The notes under the pieces were generated by a model that had not been told where the DNA came from, made no database searches, and worked only from the letters and a program-made list of their open reading frames with translations. A stretch of DNA of 64,000 bases from Yuukianura sp. NJ FZ-2021 (Eukaryota). Position numbers and translations under genes: made by a program. Positions 22,401-32,269 of the stretch are shown one piece after another. The stretch lies in contig CM102288.1 in assembly GCA_046563655.1 (NCBI GenBank), positions 2,542,001 to 2,606,000 of the forward strand, in the 5' to 3' direction. The first letter of the stretch is position 1. Each line of letters opens with the position of its first letter.

Positions 22401-25400
22401 AGAAACAAGTTCCTGCAGAAAATTTTGAATCTGTCACAATCTACTTCAGTGACATCGTCAGCTTCACTAAACTTTCATCATCTTCTTCTCCAATGGAGGC
22501 AAGCGATTTTTTCTCGAAAATAACTCAAAATTTTGAAATTACAAATTCCCAACTCTTTTTTCTTCAGATCGTAGTGATGCTAAATTCGCTTTACAAACTA
22601 TTTGATTCCAAAATTGAGCACTACGATGTCTACAAAGTAGAAGTAAGATTCATTTCAACCCTTTCAGAATTTTCCCACAACGCAGCAACAGATATTTTAA
22701 TTTTAAAGTTTTACTTTGATGTTTTTTGTTGTAGACAATCGGAGACGCCTACATGGTCGTGTCAGGTAACAAATAAAACTAATTAAAAGCATTCATTTTT
22801 TTAGAAGTTCAAAAAAGTTTTTATTTTCAAAAAAGTTGTTTTTTGTTTTAAATTGTTTTTGAAGGTCTACCAGACAGAAATGGGACAAGGTTAGAAAAGT
22901 GAAAGTCAGTCACTCTCAAGTCGTCCTCATTATGATATGTTGAACAATTTCTTTTGTAAACCCATAGACATGCTGGTGAAATCTGTACAATGGCCCTCGA
23001 CTTATTGAATGGAGTTCGGCTTTTTGAAATTCCACATCGTCCAGGTAGTCTTTTTTTAACTAATTTTCAAATTTTGAAATCTCTTATACCAATTTTTTGA
23101 TATTTCACAGGCGACCGATTGCAAATTCGAGTGGGGGTCAACACTGGAGCTTGTAAGTTTCCCATTCGGAAAGTAAAATCTAGTTCTTAATTAACAAAGT
23201 TTTTAATTACAATTAATTTAATTAAATAACTTAATTCAAATCAACAGCATGTTGAGTGTTGACTGCATGCATCTAACTACTCGAATTGTATACGATATTG
23301 GAAAACTTTCTACCTCTTGTTACAGGCGTTGCTGGTGTCGTTGGAACCAAAATGCCGCGCTACTGCCTATTTGGTGTAAGTTTTTTTTTAAATGAAACTT
23401 TCTCCTGCTTGTTTTAAATTCCCAACTGTTTTGAAAATTTCCCGCTCCTTTCATTAACGGCTAATCTATTTTTTCTAATTCCAAAGTCTAGAGTAGTAAA
23501 GTAGTTTTTAGAATTAACTGAAGTCGTTAAATGGAGAAAGTGTTATGATTTGGAGTCCAAATCCTCCTGGAATCCGTTCCTTTTAATTCAAATGCAACTT
23601 GCGGAGTGCTTTTTCAGCGTTTAATTGAGTCTTATCTCTTCGTTCCACTCCTGTTCAAAATCCTACCTTTTACATTTCAGTTCTAAAAAGCTAAATCCAA
23701 ATCCCTCCCCCAAAATGCCCAGGGAGAAAGAGACAAAGTGTTGACTTTGTTCGTCCTTCCGCTCTAAAAGTGAAAGTCTGTTCATTCATTCTTCTGTCAC
23801 TTCTTACTTAAGTCACTTTCAAATTTTTATAAATTTCGCAATTTGTTAAAAACTGAACATACCAACTACGGACATTTCGTCATTTGGAAATTTTCTGGAG
23901 AAAGCCATTGTTTTCGCAGTTTTTATTTTGTCGCGGTTTTCCAGAAAATAATGTTTTCCAGAAAACTAAAAAAATAGTATAGTTGCGTAGGATTTTTGTT
24001 GAAGAAAGCAGCAGGTGAAAGTTTGGGAATTCTGGGAGAGTTTCTCCGTTTTCCTTCTCGTTGTTTACGGAGGGACAACAGTACTTGCAGTACGTAGGAA
24101 CCAGAAAGAGCGGGAAAGTTGATTAGATTCAAAACCATAAAGGAACATATTACTTTCTCCACCACTTTCACTCCAGCTCCTTTACCCTCAACCTTCAATT
24201 TACGAAAGCGCAGAGTAATAAGCTGCCGACGGCAGTTGTGACGGCGTATCCATTCACACCAAACCAACTCACCGCCGGTGAGTTGGACGACGGAAGAGAA
24301 AGTTGACGGCGGAAGACGGGTGAGGTGTTCACATTGCCTCACGGCTGCCGCCGTCACATTTTACGCCGTCAACTCTTCCTACAGGAGGAGATGGGAGCCC
24401 CGAAAGTTGAAAAGTTTCAACTTTTGGACCAACTCCGGCCGGACAGTTCCCATCTCATCCCAGCTGATCATCCTTCCCCCCTTCTTTCTACATAATCAGC
24501 AGAACCAAAGTAGCAAAACAAAAGAGTAACATTGTTTAAGTGCTAATTAACAGTTAGTTAAGCTAATTAACTATTAATTGTGTCTTAATACATCACCCTA
24601 TAGGGAAATACGTAGCTATACTTCCCAAAGCACAGTAATGGAACAATTGCACATCAGTAATTGTAATCATTTGGTAGTTTTCAATTCATCTACTTCATTT
24701 GTTGTCCCATATGAAACTGAAAGGCGCCTTTCAAGAATTGTGACCAAATGACGCTGTATCACACCGAGACCGGCGTATAACTTTCCGTAGAAAAAATTTA
24801 CGGCGTAAAAAGAACCGGTGGTGCAGTGTGAAACCCTTCAACAACTATCTACGGCAGTTTGTTACGCCGGCACAACTGCCGTCGGCAGTTGTTGCGGCGT
24901 ATCCAGTGTGAAAGAGGCTTTAAGGGCGAGCTCATGTGCCCTTTTACCCATTATCTACCGCAGTTCCGCTTGGGCTTTCACTCAAAGTCGGACCACCACT
25001 AAGTTTCAGTTGAAGGTTTAGGCTTTGGGTTAGTGATGTTCGGCTTTCCTCGTCAAACAAAATTGTATTTAGGAGAAAGGCAATAAGTAAGAGTAAACTT
25101 CGGCCCAGGGGAGAGGAACTGCCTTGAACTACTAAGACGTTTCATAACCTTTACGACCTCCATAACCTTACCTAGTCTAACTTTCTCTTTTTTATGTAAG
25201 AACCAGTTTATTACTTTATGTTTCTATGGTCATTGACGGAATTGAAACTGAAATGGAATTGGTACACTTCCGAGTTTAAGTAACTTGGATACAAGGTTAA
25301 TGCTAAAGTAATGGAAATTTAATATAACTAAACTAATAAAATACAAATGTCTTTAGGACAGCATCAATACTGCCAGTAGGATGGAATCTACTGGAGAGCG

Positions 25401-26021
25401 TGAGTGAAAAGTTTTGAAATTTAAGTTTCAAATTTTAAGAAAACTTTCTCCTTAGATTTGCTTGTGCGACTTCAGTTGCATGCAATATTTTTCGCAGTTC
25501 TCTCAAAATTAGAACTTCCAATTTGGAAGTTTGAAACACTTTTTTGTCACCTTTTTTGAAATTGCAGCAATGAAAATACATATCACACAAGACACCAAAA
25601 CGATTCTGGATGATCTCGGAGGATTCATCACAGAATCACGCGGATTTATTGACATCAAGGTACTATTTAAAATTTGTAAAAAAAATCAAAAGCTGTAATT
25701 TCACCCCAAACACTTTCTTTTGTGCAGGGAAAAGGAACAATGCAAACTTACTGGTTGACTGGAAAGGAGGGCGGTTTGCCACGGTGTAAGCCGAAGACTT
25801 TGAATTTTTAAAATTTGAAATCTATTTCAGAAAATACTGAACTTTTTTTTTTCAAAATAGCCGTGGAAATGAATACGCCTGGTTTTTTCAAACCGACTTC
25901 CTACGTCCCAGAATTCCTCAAAGAAATTTTTGGAAGTGAAGATGACGACACTGAAGTTCCAGTTCCTCCTCCCCCCAGAAGTAGCAAATCTGTATCACAA
26001 GTACCAACTCTCTCCAAATAG
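19475..26021 (+). CDS. Membrane guanylyl cyclase 2 with NIT-like extracellular domain (tandem paralog; about 21 exons)
   Basis: TM1 ([14 protein letters not shown]), [11 protein letters not shown] motif, [23 protein letters not shown]2 ([21 protein letters not shown]), [74 protein letters not shown] 26019-26021. Confidence 0.92.
24222..24923. mobile_element. Degenerate non-autonomous DNA-transposon relic in the large GC2 intron (possibly PIF/Harbinger-type)
   Basis: 18-bp inverted repeat CTGCCGACGGCAGTTGTG (24223-24240) / CACAACTGCCGTCGGCAG (24871-24888), iterated GACGGC/GCCGTC motifs, right end CAGTGTGAAAGAGGCTTTAA; matching left TIR not seen. Confidence 0.4.
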
Positions 26022-26162
26022 AAAGCATTTAGACAAAATTTCACAGTTTTATTAAAAATTTAGAAATTCAAAGTCCAAAATCTGAGTTAACCTTAACTAA
26101 AAGCAGCAAAGAAATTAAAAATTTAATCAAAATAGGTCACAAACATCGAGCTTGCAAAAGTA

Positions 26163-26395
26163 CATGGCGGCTGAAAAAGTCTGCAACTCTGTGACCTGAA
26201 GTTGATTTTTCAATCGTGCTTTCATAGGTACTGGGATGCTAAACTTTCAGAACTACTGTACCAGCCGAAGCTGGTTCGTGTAGTAAATGCTGCCAATACT
26301 TTTACTTTTTGTAGTTTAATTAAGAATTACATGTGAAAGCACGATTGAAAAATCAACCTCCGGTGAAAGCGTTGCAGCCATTTTCAGCCTCCCTG
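26163..26395. mobile_element. MITE, Tc1/mariner-type (TA target duplication, ~70-bp imperfect TIRs)
   Basis: Left TA|CATGGCGGCTGAAAAAG...GTTGATTTTTCAATCGTGCTTTCA; right TGAAAGCACGATTGAAAAATCAAC...TTTTCAGCCTCCCTG|TA; 24-bp perfect core. Confidence 0.75.
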
Positions 26396-27339
26396 TATAA
26401 GGAGAAGAGAATTATTCAAAATTTAGATCTTTTAGTGTTGACTTTGTATGAAATATGACTTTCACTTTCCTAAGAGCTGCTTTTGAGATGCGTAAGTCAA
26501 TAATGGTTTGTGAGGTCTTTTAGTGGAGAGGAGAACCGGATTAACCGGCTTCCGAGTCTTTGAAATTCAAAGTTCCATTTCTAAGAAAGTTCTCGTTTTC
26601 ATTTTCAAACAAGGTTTTGTTTGAAGACAACAACGGAGGTGGAAATGAATAAACCGCTTGAATCTACTCTGCCTTTCGGCTTTTAACATAACTTCTTGGG
26701 AACGCCTGACTTTAAACGCAATCGGTCTCAACGTTCTGTGAAAGTAGCATCAACTTTCACCACGGCGAACCAAAAACATAGTTGGGTTTTTACAGAGTGG
26801 AAAATTTTTTTTACAAAGAAACTATTTTATTCTAAAATGGTGCCTTTTTGATTAATGAATGTTTGGTTCAATTGAATTGTGGTTTGAATTTGATTGGACT
26901 CGTCCCTAGAGAAATGAACAATTTTGATCTTCTTTTGTCTTTTGTTTGGTTCTGTTCTTTTGTCCAATGGGAACCGTTCCTAATTTGTTCTTCATGTTCG
27001 TCTGTCATGGTCTTGCTCTTGACTCTAACGAGTTCCCTTCAGAGACTTCAGACGTCCTTGTCCGTCCTTTTTCATTAGACTTTCTCCAGAAACTAATAGA
27101 CTCCAGTCCCAATCCCGTCTTAATTCAAAATTCAGCTGTTCCTTCACCCCTAATTGACAACTTCCACCAAACGTCAAATTTGAGGCCTAAGACCTAGCCT
27201 AACCTTCGTCAATCTTAACCTGTCCACTGTCCTAAGCTGCAGATCAATGTCTCGCAGTTGATTTTGGTGAAAAGCCAGATTTAGCCAAGATTTGGACATG
27301 TCACCTGGAAAAATAAACTTCTTGCAAAGACGATGTAAA

Positions 27340-28400
27340 TAAGTATCGTCAGATCAGTTATAGAGAATTCCCGTGCCGGATATTGTTGACCTAGACCTCT
27401 GATATTGTTAGAGGTAACTTGAGGTCAAAGAGCATTCGGCATTATATTAATATTAATGCTAATATTATATTAATTAATATTATTAATATTAATATGTATA
27501 TATTAATTAATATTAATATATACAATATTAAAATTAATTAAATTTAATATATTATTAATAATATTAATCCTCGCGGCGTCAAAAATCCATCCCCGAATTG
27601 TGGAAAAAAAAGATGACCTTGACCTTTGACCCTGCTAGAGGCCACTCAAGCTCATCAAAATCGGATCCCCGCATTCCCCTTCCGAGTCTGCCCATCCGTT
27701 TCCGTGATGTAAATGGAGCATGACCTTGACCAATGACACCAATAGAGATCACTTAAGGTGAATCCAAAAACTGATTTTTAGTCATCTGGTTTGTAGTTAC
27801 TCATTAAAAAGCTGCAAGGTCACAAAGTTGTTGTCTCAATGCGATGAACACCTTTTGTAAGGGTCATTTTTTTGATTTCCGTGAAAAAATGTGCTTGACC
27901 TTGACCTTTGACCCGGAAATTGGCCACTTCCGGTCAAGCCAGAGACCGATTAGTCACCACTATACCATGTGAAGGTCATCTGCGAAGACAGGTTGAAAAT
28001 CGGTCCTGTGGTTCCTGAGTTATAGACGCGCGTAGAATGAGCGACGCCATTTTGCAACTTTCATCGTCTATATCTCCAGAACCGTAGGTCAAAGGTCAAG
28101 GTCACCTACAGCAAAGTTGTTCCCTTCAATGAAATGAACAACTTTTGTAGAGGCCATTTGTCCAAATTCCGTCGAAAATGTACTTGACCTTGACCTTTGA
28201 CCCGGAAGTTGGCCACTTCCGGTCAAACAGGAAACAACTTGTTCATCCCTGGACCATGTGCAGTTCATCTGTGAAGACAGATTGAAAATCGGTCCAGCGG
28301 TTCCAGAGATGTTGTGGCTAGTATAGTCGGACGGACAGACGGACAGACGGACAGACGGACAGACGGACGGCCATTACGATCCCTATAAGTATCTAATAAT
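27340..28400 (-). mobile_element. Non-autonomous Helitron/Helentron-associated element (HINE/DINE-1-like) with (GTCY)n microsatellite and ~290-bp internal tandem repeat
   Basis: On the minus strand: TATTAGATACTTATAGGGA end, (GTCC/GTCT)n at ~28329-28369, then CTCTGGAACCGCTGGACCGATTTTCAA; diverged repeat units ~27823-28025 and ~28112-28313; AT-rich minisatellite 27441-27568. Boundaries approximate. Confidence 0.6.
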
Positions 28401-31400
28401 AGTCTGCAGAAAAAGCTTTGGGCAGAAATTGTTTTTGGACATGAAACCAATTTATTTTTGACTCCAGCCTAACAATTTCCAGTTCCAGAGGCATTTTCAA
28501 AAAAAAATCCCAAAAAAATTGAGACTATGACTATGTTACTGCTGCACCGCTTTCTTAACAAAAACGATTTTTCCGCTACTTGAAATTGAGGCTGTAATGC
28601 CATTTGTTCTGGGCTGTTGCGTTGTCGCCTGTGAAACGAGAGCTTTAGTAGTGGAGTCCCTTGAGTGTTTCCTAGTTCAAGGCGACTGACCGTGAAAAAC
28701 GAAAAACTATGGTCCAGAAGGGCTCTGGGCCCTTGAAAGCCTCATCCAAATTAGATTCCAACGGTACAGAAAGAGAACAAAGTGAAAGTGATGAAGGAGA
28801 TTGATATGGAAGTTTTCCAGGACCACTTCAACACTCCACGCCCAATCACTTTTGGTCAGTTTCAGTCCAGGGCACACTTCCAGAACTTCCAGAATTCTGC
28901 ACAAGGCTACCGTAGTGGTCAGGCATTTCCGGCCGTGTTGCTATCGGCTCTAAAACTTTGACTTTCTAGGAACTAAAGATGAAGACACACCATTTGTCAA
29001 TTTTCAACACAAAAAAAAACAAGCAAAAGATAAAGAAAAAGAGAAAAGCAATTTTTGAAGAAAAAAAGGAAGTCAAAACAAAACGAGCCTCGCGTTTTAT
29101 TTTTCAAAAGCTATTACAAGAGCAGTCTAACACAAAAATTTGAAAAGAAAGTTTGATTTTTGCAATTTTTCAGAAAAGCTAAATTCAACACCCCACCTAC
29201 ATAAGACAACATTTGAAATTCAATAGTGTACGAATAACGGTGACAAATTTCAAAATTGGAATCTTTTGAAATTTCTGTGGTAGGTTTAGGGATATTGCAC
29301 GCTTCTATTGAGATTTGTTTGAAATTGAATTTTTGCTTTCGCAATTCGTTTTTCGTTTCGGTTTAGCCTTCCAGGAAGAACTTTATCTTTAGCAGCATAT
29401 TGGATTTCCGTGGATCCAAAGTTTTTTTTTTCTGGTAAGAAAAGCAACGTGACACAGGAGGAGGGGAAGATTGACTTACAAAAACACACGACACACGAAG
29501 GTTATGCAACTATTTGTATTTGCATAGACTTTCTTTTTAGTAAAGGATCAGACTGGATCTTTCACTTTGTCCGGGCTGAAATTTTTTTTGCAAATTTCAG
29601 GACTGGAGGAGAAAGTGGAGAAAGCACAAGGACAAACCGAATCATGGAATTCAACGCAGCGGCCTTTGTTTGAAAGCTCACGTTCATTTTGGTTGTTTTT
29701 TTTTGGAAGAAAATGGAGCTGGATTCGAACAGGAGAAAGCCAAAAAGCCACCGCTGGAGAGAATTCGCATGTATGCAAACAAAAAACAACAGCAGAGGAA
29801 ATACGTTTTCTAAAATGAATTTCACTGGAGCATGAACAAGACCAAAGCTCCTGCTGCTTACTATTGGAGAAAGCTCAAAAACCCAAAAACCTAACCTAAA
29901 TTTGACTATGTTTTGTGTTTTTGGAAAACGAAAATTTATGGTCTTCTGTGAAAATCTCAAAATCCAATTCTGAATTATTTGAATTTTTGGCTCATCTGAA
30001 AAACAATTTATTTTCATTAGGTCACAGTCGAGAGAGTTCAAAGCTGACCTTTTCCTTGTTTCTTCCCGATTTCACATACTTTACATATTTCAAAATTTTG
30101 AAAAACTCAAATCCTGGTTTTCATGTTCTTTATTACGTTTCCAAACTTTATGACCAGTGTTTTGAATAATTTGAAATTCAAAATTTTAGGTTGCTGGTCA
30201 GAAAATTATGGATGCAATAAGGTTAGTTCCTTCCGTTTTGAAGGTGTAATAAACTTTAGCAATAAAAAGCAATTTAGAGTAGTATAAATTAGTAGTTTTT
30301 TACACTTTTTTTTTCAAATTTTAAATTTCGTTCCAAAATTGTCGATTAGTTTAAATTTAATTCGAAAAGTCAAAAGTAATATTCATTTATATCAATTTCT
30401 TTTTATTTTTGTCCTTAATTTTTCACTTTTTAACCCAAATTGACAATTTCGGTCACTTTTTATTGCAAATGAGAACTTCATTTCAATCACTTTCTCCAAA
30501 CTTTTTCTAACTAAAAACAAAGAAGAAAAGTTTGATTCTTTCTGGAGAAATTAGAACTTTTTCCTTTAATTTTTGTTCTTTGAAGTTCGTAACTTTTAGT
30601 TTTCTCCAAAAAGAGAAAAAAAAACTCTCTTCATTTAGCTTTTTCCTTTGAGTCATTACTTTTCTCAATTACTTTTTTTTTTGTTAACTTTTGTTATTAA
30701 ATCTTCAGTTTGGATTAGTTTTCTCCTCAGATCGAGAGCTTTGCTCCAGCATATATGAAAGTGTCATCATCATCGGACCATATCTCAGATTAGCTTAACC
30801 TAACATAACTTTAGCCTAACAAAAAGTTTAAACATTCATCAAAAGCCGAGGAGTCATTGAGGAGTAAATATTCAATCAGAGTTTGGAACAGGATTTAGTA
30901 GATCTCCGAAAGGATTTGAACTAAGGTTAGGTTTACAACTTCTGGTTAGGTTAACCAGAGTGAAAGCTGGAAATGTAGGCTAAACTTTTGTAGTGAAAGG
31001 CTTCTGTGGAGGATCCTTCAATGCTTTTTGGTTTTCCCTTGAGTTAGTAAGTTATCTGAGAGGAAATGGAAGTTTTCTTGTGCAACTGACTGAGAGCCGA
31101 GGCCAACTTTATCTATGAGGTTATGTTAGGCTAACTTAAGTTAGGTTAACCTAACTGAGGCTCTCCGTGCTGGAGTTTATTAGGACCTCTTCCTGTGCAT
31201 CCCAGCTCTCCTTGACATGTTCTGATGTATTGGCTATGTCCCAAAAACTTTTTCGAGTTGAAGGGGTTCCTGAATTAATTGGAATCGGCAGTAGTTGAAA
31301 ATTTTGGTTCAATTTGAGGTCAATTCCATAGCCTAACAAAAACTAAACTTTCTCCAAGGCCCATATCATAGGATAAGAAACTGAAAATATCGGAGATATC

Positions 31401-32269
31401 CTGCTGTTTGAAGTCAAGCGATATCCAAACCTCCAACTGAGATTCGCTCTTACTCTAACTTTTCAAAAAAATTTCAAATCTGAGAAAGCGATGCTGGTCT
31501 GAAGCCAACGTGACATGAGACGGAAAGGTCACAGCGAGGTCAACCACAAAATGTTCTAACAAGGATTTCGATTTTCAAAACTCCAATGATCGACAGATCA
31601 ACTTTGTAAAACTAATCTAAGTTTTTAATTATTAACAATAGTTTTTAATTAACTCGGAATCGGAACGTTTTTAACTGGAAAATTTTGACTTTTGTGGCAG
31701 TTAATGTCAGTAAAAGTTCCAAATAACGTTGGTTCTTTGAATACGGTGTTCTGATCTTCTGAAATTGTTTAATTTTTTGGATTTTCTTTTTGAAATTTGA
31801 AGCAGACGATGTGTCATTTGAGGACGTGACCTACTCCAAATACCACAGATTTGGATGTTCAATGTTCACTTTTCTTTGAAATGCTTTGAAACGCTGGCAC
31901 TCCTTTGAAATCCCACCATCAAGTCAAAGTCTAACTTTTGAGTCCAAGGCTACACTGCATTTTGACTCTCAAAACCTCAAAATGGCAATTTACAAAAAAT
32001 AGGTCGAATTTGGCCAAGAATCAACTTCAAAATTTCAATTTTAGTCTATTTTTAAATTAGAAAAATTGTCTGGTCAAAGTCAAACTCTCAACCAAATGTT
32101 GAAAAATCTGTTTAAAATCTATGTAAATTCTTGTTTTTCTTTCGATTTTTGTTGGTTTTTTTATTAACAATTTGGAGAAGGAGAATCTTAGTAAGCTAAC
32201 TAACCCCTACAACAGCAGAATTGAATTGAAAATTTTAACTTTTGACACTTGACTTTTGATTATTTGTGT

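Noticed and set aside
11082..26021. Recent bacterial horizontal transfer of the NIT-like cyclases
   Set aside because: Both genes have about 20 spliceosomal introns and animal-type GC catalytic motifs; nothing indicates recent transfer.
26848..27197. Short ORFs downstream of GC2, one with a hydrophobic start
   Set aside because: No recognisable domain or splice support; overlapping frames look like chance.
27820..28370. Repeat units as a CRISPR-like array
   Set aside because: Eukaryotic context, only two long diverged units, no repeat-spacer periodicity and no cas genes.
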